Shown: positions 45,773 through 55,391 of the stretch, piece by piece
Layout of the letters: each line of letters opens with the position of its first letter
Position numbering within the stretch: the first letter of the stretch is position 1
DNA from: Wenzhouxiangellaceae bacterium
GTDB lineage: Bacteria; Pseudomonadota; Gammaproteobacteria; Xanthomonadales; Wenzhouxiangellaceae
Direction of reading: 5' to 3'
DNA: 64,000 nt
Assembly (NCBI GenBank): GCA_028289455.1
Contig: JANQPN010000074.1
Span: 2,147 to 66,146 of the forward strand
Made by a program: the position numbers and the translations under genes
The notes under the pieces: model-generated
The model's input: only the letters and a program-made list of their open reading frames with translations
Database searches by the model: none
Told to the model about the DNA's origin: nothing

Positions 45773-46168
45773 TTATCCTGCCAATGGAGCAACGCCGAAC
45801 GCGATGCGAAGAATAGCCAGCGTACCCATTACCGATAACAGCAGCGCCAGCAGCTTAACGGTGATCTGCAGAGTAACTTCCAGCCAACGGGTATGAATGT
45901 AATCTTCAATCACCACCTGCAGACCAAGCTGTCCGTGATAGAACGCGGAAAGCGTAAACAATATGGCAAATACGGTATTCCACGGCAGCGCCAGCCATGC
46001 CCGGGAAGCCGCAAACCCGCCACTGGCGGCCACCTCAATGGCCAGTACCAGCCATACCGTAAGCGCAATTAATACAATTGCTGACAGCCGTTGATTCCAC
46101 CAATGATGCACACCATCACGCGCAGATCCATGATTTCGGGCTTTTGCCAGAGGGCTGCGTAAACTCAT
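45773..46168 (-). CDS. sdhD: Succinate dehydrogenase membrane anchor subunit
   Basis: The start is taken at MSLRSPL, overlapping the sdhC stop as ATGA (46165-46168). It has [16 protein letters not shown] and three TM helices. Confidence 0.85.
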   Translation of the reverse strand: MSLRSPLAKARNHGSARDGVHHWWNQRLSAIVLIALTVWLVLAIEVAASGGFAASRAWLALPWNTVFAILFTLSAFYHGQLGLQVVIEDYIHTRWLEVTLQITVKLLALLLSVMGTLAILRIAFGVAPLAG

Positions 46169-46545
46169 TGCCAGAACCTCCAGGCCAGTGCGGCTAATAC
46201 CAAAGATAAAATTAACACTGCCCAACCTGCCCGGCGTGCTGTGTCCAGTTCCAGCCAATGGCCGGTATCCCAGATTAAATGCCTGATTCCATTCAACAGG
46301 TGGTAAAACAGTGCCCAGGTAGCCAGCATTGCCACAACCATTCCCGGTACCGAACTGAGCAGGTCCTGGAACGTCTGTAATGCATGCTCGCCACGATTAA
46401 GGCAAATCAGCCAGACAACCCAACCAGCCGCAAATAACGTCAGCAGGATGCCGGTAATTCGATGCACAATGGACAGCACCGAAGTAATCTGTGGTTTATA
46501 AACCTGTAAATGTGGTGACAGGGGACGTGCCGGGCGTTGATTCAT
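46165..46545 (-). CDS. sdhC: Succinate dehydrogenase cytochrome b556 subunit
   Basis: RPLSPHLQVYKPQITSVLSIVHRITG, 126 aa. Confidence 0.9.
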   Translation of the reverse strand: MNQRPARPLSPHLQVYKPQITSVLSIVHRITGILLTLFAAGWVVWLICLNRGEHALQTFQDLLSSVPGMVVAMLATWALFYHLLNGIRHLIWDTGHWLELDTARRAGWAVLILSLVLAALAWRFWQ

Positions 46546-46563
46546 ATCTAACTGCCTTTACGG

Positions 46564-46815
46564 TTAAAAGTCTATACAACGGCCGTTTTTCTCCCAATCG
46601 CCGTAACGGGTGGGTTCCAGGCCGTCACGGCCGCCGATTTCACTCGGTGGAGCTTCCGCAGCCGGTTGGATGCCGGTGTTTTTATTAAGGTTACAGTCTG
46701 TTTCGACCTCTGCACCGGGTTCGGATGCAGAGTCGCTGCTTCCGGGTTCAATTTTGTGATCAGAATGCTGGCTCATATCAGGCTTGCACAGAGGTTCTGC
46801 AGTATTGTAATTCAC
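46564..46815 (-). CDS. DUF1674 / SDHAF4-like succinate dehydrogenase assembly factor
   Basis: The C-terminus GGRDGLEPTRYGDWEKNGRCIDF matches the SDHAF4 signature ..GPEPTRYGDWERKGRCIDF. Its stop lies 18 nt upstream of the sdhC start. Confidence 0.85.
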   Translation of the reverse strand: MNYNTAEPLCKPDMSQHSDHKIEPGSSDSASEPGAEVETDCNLNKNTGIQPAAEAPPSEIGGRDGLEPTRYGDWEKNGRCIDF

Positions 46816-46850
46816 CTGATCTTGATGTCCAACAGAAATACCTCAATGCT

Positions 46851-47681
46851 ATGCCCATGGATACAAGAAACAACCTGAATATGATGCAAACTGTTCCACA
46901 CCTGGATTGTATTGAAATAAGCGGCGCTGATGCTGCCGGTTTTCTTGATGCGCAACTAAGCGTGAATGTCAGCGACCTGGAGAACAGTGCACGCCGTCTG
47001 GCGTGCTGGTGTAATGCCAAAGGCCAGGTGATTGCTACCTTTCTGGTTATCCGGCACACACCACAGGCATACCGGTTAATTCTGTCTACCAGCCTGACAG
47101 GAGTGGTTCTCAAGCGCATGCCGATGTATGTCCTGCGCAGCCAGGTTGACATCAATGCCGCCCCTGAACTGCAGGTCACTGCACCACAGCGGCTGAGAAA
47201 TGACCCTCTTTGGAAGCAGCTGGAATGTGTGAACGATACCGGGAACCTGACTTCAGACGGTGGGGATAATCTGCCGGCGCATGACATTGAAGACGGAATC
47301 TGCTGGCTGGCTCCGGAAACCAGCGAACAATTTCTTCCGCAGATGCTGGCAATGGAACATCTGGGCGCTCTGGATTATCAAAAAGGCTGCTATCCAGGTC
47401 AGGAAATTATCGCCAGAACGCATTATTTAGGTCGTGTTAAAAGACGCTTATGGCGTATTCAGGTGAATACACCTGCTGCACACTTGCAGGCAACTCCAGG
47501 GGCCCCTATAGTGGATACGCAAGGTGGCATTCATGGCCAATTGGTGACATCGGCTGATACCGGCTCTTGTACTATTGGATTAGCAGTTTTACGTGATAAT
47601 CATATAGATACAGTGCTAAGCTACGAAACTAATGGAACTCAGCAAACCGTATCAGCGTCACACGCCATTGGAACAACATAA
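46851..47681 (+). CDS. ygfZ: Folate-binding tRNA-modification/Fe-S repair protein YgfZ
   Basis: KGCYPGQEIIARTHYLGRVKRRL signature. The start is uncertain (ATGs at 46851, 46857, 46881, 46884). The track start at 46725 would overlap the DUF1674 gene. Confidence 0.85.
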   Translation: MPMDTRNNLNMMQTVPHLDCIEISGADAAGFLDAQLSVNVSDLENSARRLACWCNAKGQVIATFLVIRHTPQAYRLILSTSLTGVVLKRMPMYVLRSQVDINAAPELQVTAPQRLRNDPLWKQLECVNDTGNLTSDGGDNLPAHDIEDGICWLAPETSEQFLPQMLAMEHLGALDYQKGCYPGQEIIARTHYLGRVKRRLWRIQVNTPAAHLQATPGAPIVDTQGGIHGQLVTSADTGSCTIGLAVLRDNHIDTVLSYETNGTQQTVSASHAIGTT

Positions 47682-47707
47682 GCAAGGGAATTGCACTGTT
47701 TAGGATT

Positions 47708-48514
47708 ATGCGCCAGACAATTAGTCAGTATTTTATCGTATTCTTTTTGATCATCTCTGCGGCTACAGCTGCAACCGCTCAACCACTGCAGATGGTCGCT
47801 CAACCCATCTTCCCGCCGGATCAGGCCAGATTGGTCTATCAGCCGTTGGCTGATTATCTGAGCACACAGTTAAACCGTGAAGTGCAGTTGATTATTCCAA
47901 TTAGTTACCAGCAGCACTGGCTGGATATTAAGAATGACAATGTGGTTGATCTGGCCATCGAAGAAGCACCGCTGACAGACTACCGGGTCAATTATAAAAA
48001 CTTTGTACCACTGGTGCGCGGCGAAAATTCGGTAAGCTATTCACTGGCGGTACTGGATACCAGCTATACCGTACGCGATGATCTGGTCGGCCTGCCGGTT
48101 GCTTCCATGTCTGCGCCCAGTACCGGTTATCTGGTTCTGGCCAGATGGTATAACAACCCGCTCAGCCAGGCGCAGATCATCTCCAATGCAACCAGCTGGG
48201 ATGATGCCGTGCAGCAGATATGGGGCGGTGAAGTTGAGGCGGCGATTATTCCAACACGCCTGGCGCAGGATTACCCCCAATTTACAATTATTGATACCAG
48301 TGTAGAAATGCCCTCCCTGGCTATCAGTGCATCTCCTGATTTGGACGCCGAGCTGCATCAGGCGATTGCTGATGCGCTACTGGCCTTGAACGGGGACGAA
48401 ACCAACAGCGATGCACTGGTAGAACTTGATATACAGAGTTTTGTACCGGCTGCCGCGAATGAATACCGCGGATATGCTGAATGGCTGCGCGCCATCAGCG
48501 CCAATGAGTTCTAA
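47708..48514 (+). CDS. Periplasmic PhnD-like (phosphonate-binding fold) solute-binding protein, paralogue 1
   Basis: 268 aa with a signal peptide. It carries VAQPIFPPDQARLVYQPLADYLSTQLNREVQL and YQQHWLDI. Confidence 0.6.
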   Translation: MRQTISQYFIVFFLIISAATAATAQPLQMVAQPIFPPDQARLVYQPLADYLSTQLNREVQLIIPISYQQHWLDIKNDNVVDLAIEEAPLTDYRVNYKNFVPLVRGENSVSYSLAVLDTSYTVRDDLVGLPVASMSAPSTGYLVLARWYNNPLSQAQIISNATSWDDAVQQIWGGEVEAAIIPTRLAQDYPQFTIIDTSVEMPSLAISASPDLDAELHQAIADALLALNGDETNSDALVELDIQSFVPAAANEYRGYAEWLRAISANEF

Positions 48515-48654
48515 TTTATCAACGCGTTAAAACGCATTCCTAACAAATAACCACCCCCGGTATTGCTTATTGCAGTTAACAATCCGTAACAGAATAGGCT
48601 AGAATGCCTGTCTATACTTTAGTTTTACTATAACTATCGCTGGGAAAGGGTTTT

Positions 48655-49584
48655 ATGATTGCTATTCCTTGCAGAAATGTTATTGCAGGGAAGCGGGCAT
48701 TCGGCATTATTTTTTTACTATCAGTCTGTTTATCAGCCGGGTTAAAGGCGCAAACGCTGCAATTAATCGGCGAACCGGTATATCCGGCAAATCAGGCCAG
48801 GCAAATCTATTCATTACTGGCTGAATACATCAGCAGCAATATCAATCGGGAAATATCACTGACGACACCTGTCAATTTTCAGCAGCACTGGCTGACTATC
48901 AGGCAGGGAAGCACACCGGATATTGTTATCGATCAGGCGCCGCTGACCGATTTCTGGGTACGTTACAAAGGTTATATTCCACTGGTACGGGAATCACAGA
49001 ATACCGGCTATGCACTGGTCACCATGAACCCTGAGTATCAGGACTACAATGATCTGTTTATGCGCCCGATAGCGACCATGCCCTCACCCGGTACCGATTA
49101 TCTGGTGCTGATCCAATGGTTTGAAAACCCTTTATGGCAACCTTCAATCATTTCCAGTTCCTCAAGCTGGGCAGACTCAATTCAGAAGCTTTCTGAAGGC
49201 ACTGTTGCAGCTGCTGTTGTTCCCAACGGGCTGGTTGACTCAGACTCTGAGTTCAGGGTTATCCAGACCAGTAATGATATGCCGGGATTGACCATCAGCG
49301 CTGCGCCCTGGGTGGAACGTTCACTGCGCGAAGAACTGCAACGGGTATTGTTGTTCTTAAATGACAACACCGGTAACCGGGCGATATTGGAGGGGCTAAA
49401 TATCGAAGCGTTCGAACCTGCCGAAGCGTTGGACTATGAGGGTTATGCAGAATGGTTGCGGACCGTCAGCGTGTATGATTTCCCTGAACTGATTCAACCA
49501 CAGCCTGAAACGGAAGAACAACCGGAACAACAGATTGATGCTGGTGATCTGCAGGATGATCCGCAAGCTGCCGTTCAGGGTTAG
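48655..49584 (+). CDS. Periplasmic PhnD-like solute-binding protein, paralogue 2, with acidic C-terminal tail
   Basis: 309 aa and collinear with 47708..48514 (IGEPVYPANQARQIYSLLAEYISSNINREISL, FQQHWLTI). It has the tail PQPETEEQPEQQIDAGDLQDD. Confidence 0.6.
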   Translation: MIAIPCRNVIAGKRAFGIIFLLSVCLSAGLKAQTLQLIGEPVYPANQARQIYSLLAEYISSNINREISLTTPVNFQQHWLTIRQGSTPDIVIDQAPLTDFWVRYKGYIPLVRESQNTGYALVTMNPEYQDYNDLFMRPIATMPSPGTDYLVLIQWFENPLWQPSIISSSSSWADSIQKLSEGTVAAAVVPNGLVDSDSEFRVIQTSNDMPGLTISAAPWVERSLREELQRVLLFLNDNTGNRAILEGLNIEAFEPAEALDYEGYAEWLRTVSVYDFPELIQPQPETEEQPEQQIDAGDLQDDPQAAVQG

Positions 49585-49617
49585 TTCCCCTTCAAAACTC
49601 AGCTAGCAACAACTGCG

Positions 49618-50445
49618 TCATTTCTGCGAAACCAGATAGCAGATCCAGCCGGCATCAGCATCCCCCTCGGTCTGCACTGAATATATCCCATCGCCTTCAT
49701 TGGTTTCTTCATCGGTTCCTTCCCAGTAAACCTGGACGCGGGAGAACCCTGCTTCCTGCAGGATTTCCTGTAATTCAGGCAACGACCACAACCGCCAGTT
49801 GTAATTAAAGGCCTGATTGATCCGTGAGCCGTCAGGAAATTTGAAGTGAATCTGACAATTCATGTGGTGATTGATGGGGTTGAACCGATGCTGATCCCAG
49901 ATATAAGTAAACTCGCCGATCTCCTGGTCTTCGCATTCACGCTCTTCTTCCAGCTCCTGGTGTGCTTCATAACCGCCATAAGCATCCATAAAAAGCATGC
50001 CGTCAGCAGCTAATGACTGATAGACCCGGCGGAAATACTGGCACAGGGCAGATCTTTCCAGAAACAGGTAATAACTGAAATTCATTGCCAGAACAGCGTC
50101 AACCTCGGTGGTGGCAGGCTGCCTGACATCACCGTGAACCAGTTGGATTCTTTGCTGCTGTTCATCACTCAGAGCATTGAAGTTGTGCGTTCTACCCCAT
50201 TCCAGCACTTCGTTGTCCAGATCAACCGCAATAGCCTGATTCTTTTTATGCCGCCTGATCCAGTCACAGGCAGTGTTGGCAGTACCACAAAAGTCTTCAC
50301 GGAGCAGTCTCAATGCTCTGCCATTCAGCGCCTGAAATGTATCGGCCACGAATTCCAGTTCAGCTTCAGTATCCTGAACCGAATTCTGATACAACGAATG
50401 CCTGTCGGCACGCGCCGCCGATGTGGGCTTATTTTTTTTACTCAC
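49618..50445 (-). CDS. Class I SAM-dependent methyltransferase
   Basis: LLREDFCGTANTACDW..AVDLD (motif I and post-I) and DAVLAMNFSYYLF. Confidence 0.75.
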   Translation of the reverse strand: MSKKNKPTSAARADRHSLYQNSVQDTEAELEFVADTFQALNGRALRLLREDFCGTANTACDWIRRHKKNQAIAVDLDNEVLEWGRTHNFNALSDEQQQRIQLVHGDVRQPATTEVDAVLAMNFSYYLFLERSALCQYFRRVYQSLAADGMLFMDAYGGYEAHQELEEERECEDQEIGEFTYIWDQHRFNPINHHMNCQIHFKFPDGSRINQAFNYNWRLWSLPELQEILQEAGFSRVQVYWEGTDEETNEGDGIYSVQTEGDADAGWICYLVSQK

Positions 50446-50541
50446 AATTATCTAATCCTGCAAAATCAGCACAGCTGCAGTCGAATGCCGCAACTCAATT
50501 GTTTATCTAATAATCTGAAATGCCTGGTTTTTTATTTAATA

Positions 50542-51105
50542 TTACCTGGCTTCTTCTTTCAGAGTCGGCCAGGCTGCCGCCAGGTATATGAACATTGACC
50601 AAAGCGTCAAAGCCGCTGCGATAACCAGCAACAACAGGCCAATATGGAATATTGGGAAAACCCAGATAGGTTCGCCATACAACAAAAACCCAATGGCGAC
50701 TAACTGGACGGTAGTTTTCACTTTGCCCAGCATCCCAACTGAAACCAATCCACGCCGGCCTATTTCCGCCATCCATTCACGTAACGCAGAAACCGTGACT
50801 TCCCGGCAGATGATCACAGCAGCAGACAGCGCCAGAAAAATATCAGGGTGCTGCTGGAGTACTACAATCAATGCAGCGCTGACCATCAGCTTATCAGCTA
50901 CCGGATCCAGAAAGGCACCGAAACTGCTGGTCTGATCTGTGCGACGGGCCCACCAGCCATCCAGCCAATCGGTGACTCCCGCCACGATAAAAATTATAAC
51001 TGCCAGCTCATTGGCCCATGAAAACGGCAGGTATAGCGCCAGCACCAGCACTGGGATAAGCGCTATACGAAACAGCGTCATGATTATTGGGGCGTTGATC
51101 GGCAT
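50542..51105 (-). CDS. pgsA: CDP-diacylglycerol--glycerol-3-phosphate 3-phosphatidyltransferase
   Basis: DWLDGWWARRTDQTSSFGAFLDPVADK fits the CDP-alcohol phosphatidyltransferase motif D-x2-DG-x2-AR-x8-G-x3-D-x3-D. Confidence 0.9.
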   Translation of the reverse strand: MPINAPIIMTLFRIALIPVLVLALYLPFSWANELAVIIFIVAGVTDWLDGWWARRTDQTSSFGAFLDPVADKLMVSAALIVVLQQHPDIFLALSAAVIICREVTVSALREWMAEIGRRGLVSVGMLGKVKTTVQLVAIGFLLYGEPIWVFPIFHIGLLLLVIAAALTLWSMFIYLAAAWPTLKEEAR

Positions 51106-51280
51106 CGTAAATCAATCAGTTATCGACCGCATATTATCCCCTACTTTGCCTTATTACCGCTACCCGAAGGATTACGACAGCAATAAATCCATTAACTGGT
51201 GGTATCAAATACACATCCCCACACCAGTATTACCAGGCAAATGTTATTCTATTCTTTGTTTACCGGGCATTAACTCAGCC

Positions 51281-51805
51281 ATGAAATTCTATATTTTTGC
51301 TTTGATGCTGCTGACCGCAGCAGGTCATACTTTGATTGCCGATGCAGCCACTTTCTATCTGGTACGGCATTCTGAAAAGCAGGTCACAGCTGAGAACAAA
51401 CAAGACCCCGGGCTGACTCAAGCCGGAATAGCCAGAGCAGAAAAAACGGGGGTGATACTGCGAAATATTGATTTCACAGCGATCTACAGCAGTGACTTTC
51501 AGCGCACCAGGGCAACAGCGGAATTAATCCAGGGCTCACGTGATACACCTATCACAATCTATGACCCCAGAAAACTGGAAGCCTTTGCTGAACAGCTTAA
51601 AAATTCAACAGCCGACAGTGTTATTCTGGTTGTAGGGCACAGTAACACCACTCCACAGCTTGCTGAAGCTTTGAGCGGCAAACCGGTAGCACCTATTGAC
51701 GAGTCGGTTTACCACAATCTTTACCGCGTTGGCATTGAATCGGATGGATCTTCGACAGTTGAGATATTGACCGTACCGCCAATATCCTCACCGACCGATG
51801 GATAA
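51281..51805 (+). CDS. Exported histidine phosphatase family protein (SixA/PGM-like)
   Basis: The start is taken at MKFYIFALMLLTAAGHTLIADA. It carries FYLVRHSEK and VVGHSNT. The track start at 50939 is antisense to pgsA. Confidence 0.7.
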   Translation: MKFYIFALMLLTAAGHTLIADAATFYLVRHSEKQVTAENKQDPGLTQAGIARAEKTGVILRNIDFTAIYSSDFQRTRATAELIQGSRDTPITIYDPRKLEAFAEQLKNSTADSVILVVGHSNTTPQLAEALSGKPVAPIDESVYHNLYRVGIESDGSSTVEILTVPPISSPTDG

Positions 51806-51816
51806 CGCCCGGCAGC

Positions 51817-52635
51817 TTATTGCCACTGGCCTGGGTTAACGCCGTAATATCTACGCAATTGCTTGAACAGTTCAGGATGGCGTTTTTGCAGTGCTTCAGG
51901 CTGTTCAAAAAAGTGTTCTGTGGCGACAGCGAAAAACTCTGCCGGATTGGTCGCACCGTAATGCTTCATCACTCGTCGATAGCCACGGCGTGCATCACGC
52001 TGCAACTGAGAAAACTCATCCGATAATATCTGTGCCCAGCGGCGGTAGCCTGCCCTGTCCTGCAGTAACGGGGCACCGTTGGCCACACCCGATTCCTGGT
52101 CAAGCTGATGGGCGAATTCGTGCAGCACGACATTCTCACCATCATCATAATCCCTGACCCCATGCATCACATCATCCCATGACAGCACCACCTTTCCATT
52201 CCCCCAGGATTCACCCAAACGCCCCTGGACACTCTCAGTTACCACACCGCCCGCACCCACCTCCTGATGCGGCGCCTGATAGGCGTGTGGGTAGATATAG
52301 ATAAACCTGAGTTTTTCATAAACAGTACTGGGCTGATGCAGCACCAGCAGACAGGCCTCTGCAGCAACGGTAAGCCGGATCTCATCGGTAATCTCCAACC
52401 CTGCACAGCCGACAAATTCTTTCTTATAAAGAAAGTAATGGATCAGCTGTTGTAAGTGCCGGCGCTGCTGCTCACCCAGCCGGGGGTAAACAGGCATGTT
52501 GGCAGTGAGTATCTTTGACCATTCAGCCGGAAACGGCCGGCGCATGACCTGTCTGCGGCGATAACCGGGCCACCACCATATCCATGCGAAAAATACTGTC
52601 AGCAGCAGCGCTGCTGTAACGGATATCCAAAGCAT
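51817..52635 (-). CDS. M90 (MtfA-like) zinc metallopeptidase with N-terminal TM helix
   Basis: VVLHEFAHQLD (HExxH) and NPAEFFAVATEHFFEQP. Confidence 0.8.
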   Translation of the reverse strand: MLWISVTAALLLTVFFAWIWWWPGYRRRQVMRRPFPAEWSKILTANMPVYPRLGEQQRRHLQQLIHYFLYKKEFVGCAGLEITDEIRLTVAAEACLLVLHQPSTVYEKLRFIYIYPHAYQAPHQEVGAGGVVTESVQGRLGESWGNGKVVLSWDDVMHGVRDYDDGENVVLHEFAHQLDQESGVANGAPLLQDRAGYRRWAQILSDEFSQLQRDARRGYRRVMKHYGATNPAEFFAVATEHFFEQPEALQKRHPELFKQLRRYYGVNPGQWQ

Positions 52636-52729
52636 AATCAGTACTTATTCAGTGTTCTTAACAGAGCCTGGCATTATTCAATCAGCTATCGAAATCCGAT
52701 TCCAGTGTTGCTGCCTGTTATTGATACAA

Positions 52730-53071
52730 CTATGTTACCAGTCCGGCAACCAGCGACAGGCCTTTATCCAGGATACCGACAAAATCTGCCACGGCCTGCG
52801 CTTTATCAACCGCAGTACGCATCTGTCTGAGCTTTGTCTGGGCTTTTTCGTTCAGGTCCTGAAGCTCCGACATGATATTACCGGCATTGCCGTTCCAGTC
52901 ATCCATGACTTTGCCACGCATGACGTCGATTTGATCAGCCAGCTTCTGTTCCGCCTGATCAACCTTAGTGGTGTCTTCCCCCATGGTCAGCAGCTCGATG
53001 GAAGCATGCTGCAGTTTGCCCCGCAGGAAGATTAGATATTTTAATAAATCCAGTTTTTCTTGAGTGGTCAT
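52730..53071 (-). CDS. Small helical hypothetical protein
   Basis: 113-aa ORF, 12 nt downstream of 53084..54082. It looks predominantly helical and charged. Confidence 0.55.
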   Translation of the reverse strand: MTTQEKLDLLKYLIFLRGKLQHASIELLTMGEDTTKVDQAEQKLADQIDVMRGKVMDDWNGNAGNIMSELQDLNEKAQTKLRQMRTAVDKAQAVADFVGILDKGLSLVAGLVT

Positions 53072-53083
53072 TCTGGTGTCCCT

Positions 53084-54082
53084 CTATTCCGCCGGCGATG
53101 GATTGCTGGCTTTTAATGTTTCATATTGCTGCTTGATATTGGCCGCATAGTTAATTAACTCTGCCAGATCGACCTGCTGATTGGATTTAATTGCAGCAAT
53201 TAACTGTAATTGTGAACTCGGCAATGCACCGTATCCGTTATAGATATTTTTATACAGTTCCAACTGCTGAGTGATCTGGTCGTTCAGGCTCAGCAGGCTG
53301 TCCAGCGATGTGCTGTCATTGTTTTGAATAATATTGCGGGCCAGGCTCTGCCTTTGATTCATGTATTCATTTTCAGCATTCACCGACGTAATCAACATTG
53401 CCTGTTGCGCCTGATCAACAAATTTCTGCAGCGGCCCGAGTCCTTCATTGAGTATTTCTGTCAGCAGTTCCGAGCGTTTATTTTCCAGATAGGCTTTGGC
53501 CAGATTTGCCGCTATGGTTGAAAACAACGCCAGATCTTTGGAGGTGACACCGCTGGTATTCACTCCGAGGCCATTTAACTGACCCAGCAAAGAACTTGCT
53601 GCGCTGTCAAACTCTTGCGCTTCATCTGCAGGATTAAACTGAGTGCTGTCATCTGCTCCGGATAGGGCCAGCAGCAGACCGGCATAATTCAACAGCTGGG
53701 TGTTCATGGCAGCCATTGTCTGGCGCATATCAGCAACTGAGGCAAATAGCGGCCGGGCCGGCTGGGTTGCCGGGTCACTGGGTGCAGGATAAGCCCAAAC
53801 AAAGTCCTGATCAGGAGGGAAATTCAGTAGCAGTTGAGGTACCAGTGCTTTATCGCCGGCCAGTATCTTGGCTTTGAATTGATCCAACTCCGCCTGATAA
53901 ACCGCCTGTAACGCCTGGTCTGACTGATCCTTAAGCGTGGAGATAGCACTTTGATAATCCTGAAAAGGTTGAGTATCAAGCTGGTTTACCGCTGCACAGG
54001 CAGGCAGTAATAATATCACTCCAGCAATAGTCAGAATCCTTAGAAATGCCCGTGTGGACAACGATCGGTGTGCTTCTTGCAT
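53084..54082 (-). CDS. Helical hypothetical lipoprotein
   Basis: 332 aa with lipobox LLLPAC. The sequence is Q/L/A-rich and helical. Confidence 0.7.
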   Translation of the reverse strand: MQEAHRSLSTRAFLRILTIAGVILLLPACAAVNQLDTQPFQDYQSAISTLKDQSDQALQAVYQAELDQFKAKILAGDKALVPQLLLNFPPDQDFVWAYPAPSDPATQPARPLFASVADMRQTMAAMNTQLLNYAGLLLALSGADDSTQFNPADEAQEFDSAASSLLGQLNGLGVNTSGVTSKDLALFSTIAANLAKAYLENKRSELLTEILNEGLGPLQKFVDQAQQAMLITSVNAENEYMNQRQSLARNIIQNNDSTSLDSLLSLNDQITQQLELYKNIYNGYGALPSSQLQLIAAIKSNQQVDLAELINYAANIKQQYETLKASNPSPAE

Positions 54083-54260
54083 ATCCCCTCCATCTGCTCT
54101 GACAGGTTTTATTTGATGCTATCTTACACTACCGGATTCTGGCTTAGAGCGCTTCCCGGGATTCGCCGGTATGGATTTACCGTTTGTTTTCAATAACAAT
54201 GACCCGCTGAAAGCCTGAGTTTGATAACCAGGCGTCAAGTTTTTCAATCACAGCAACCCT

Positions 54261-55337
54261 ATGCCAGATTCCAGTACCGACACTCACCCGATACTTGCTG
54301 AAGTGGTTCTGCCTTCAGGTGATTTATCTGAGACCATCCGTTTTTTTATTGACAGGCTGGGCTTCAGGATGGACAGCATTGCACCCGCAGACGACCCTGA
54401 AGTGGCGCAATTAAGCGGTCATGGTTTGCGTATACGACTGGATCGTGATTACCAGGGACAACCCGGTACGCTTCGACTGGCAACAAGAGATGTTGAACTC
54501 GAACAGCTGACTGCACCAAACGGTACGCAAATTTTATTTGAACCGGTAAATCCACCATTGCAGATGCCCGCTCTTCAGGCACAGCTATGCATTCAGCGTC
54601 ACAATCAGCACAATGCCTGGGTTACCGGTCGCGCCGGCATGCACTACCGCGATTTGATTCCCGATCGCCAGGGCGGTCGGTTTATTGCCTCACATATACG
54701 CATACCGGAAGGCGGGCCGGTGCCTGATAACGTGCACTACCACCATATCCGTTTCCAGATGATTTATTGCTATCGGGGATGGGTCAAACTGGTATACGAA
54801 GACCAGGGTGAGCCTTTTGTGATGAATGCCGGCGACTGTGTATTACAACCTCCGTTAATCCGGCATCGTGTTTTAGAATCATCCGACGGACTGGAAGTGA
54901 TTGAAATCGGCAGTCCGGCCAGGCATATGACTTTTCTTGACCACGACATGCCACTACCTACCGGCAGGCTACAGCCTGGAAGGGATTTTGACGGTCAGTT
55001 GTACCATTTTCATCAGAACAGCAATGCCGACTGGATAAACGACGCGTCAGGCTGCTTTTCCAGTTGCGATCTGGGTATCAGCAGCGCGACCGACAGGCTG
55101 GCCCGAGTCCGGGTATTACGCTATAGCAAAGCCGCCGATGCACAGTTGACAAGCACTACACATGACAAGGAATTCGCATTCTGGTTTGTCCTGCAGGGGC
55201 AACTGCGACTGTCAGTCAATCAGCATACAGAGCAGTTGTCCGCCACCGATAGTTTTGTAGTGCCCGCAGGCATGGCGTATAGTTTTAAACATTGCTCCGA
55301 TGACCTGGAATTACTGGAGGTATGCCTGCCCGGATAA
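54261..55337 (+). CDS. Cupin-domain protein with N-terminal glyoxalase-like module
   Basis: VLPSGDLSETIRFFIDRLGFRMDSI, then HYHHIRFQMIYCYRGWVKLVYEDQGEPFVMNAGDCVLQPPLIRHRV. Confidence 0.65.
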   Translation: MPDSSTDTHPILAEVVLPSGDLSETIRFFIDRLGFRMDSIAPADDPEVAQLSGHGLRIRLDRDYQGQPGTLRLATRDVELEQLTAPNGTQILFEPVNPPLQMPALQAQLCIQRHNQHNAWVTGRAGMHYRDLIPDRQGGRFIASHIRIPEGGPVPDNVHYHHIRFQMIYCYRGWVKLVYEDQGEPFVMNAGDCVLQPPLIRHRVLESSDGLEVIEIGSPARHMTFLDHDMPLPTGRLQPGRDFDGQLYHFHQNSNADWINDASGCFSSCDLGISSATDRLARVRVLRYSKAADAQLTSTTHDKEFAFWFVLQGQLRLSVNQHTEQLSATDSFVVPAGMAYSFKHCSDDLELLEVCLPG

Positions 55338-55391
55338 GCACTATCAGCTGCACAGGGCATACGGCTGACCTGTTGATCTGCGGGAGGGGAA

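Noticed and set aside
46725-46850. Long N-terminal extension of ygfZ.
   Set aside because: It would overlap the DUF1674/SDHAF4-like gene on the other strand. The extension (MQSRCFRVQFCDQNAG..) does not look like YgfZ.
50939-51280. N-terminal extension of the histidine phosphatase ORF.
   Set aside because: It is antisense to pgsA. A signal peptide and a proper start occur at 51281.
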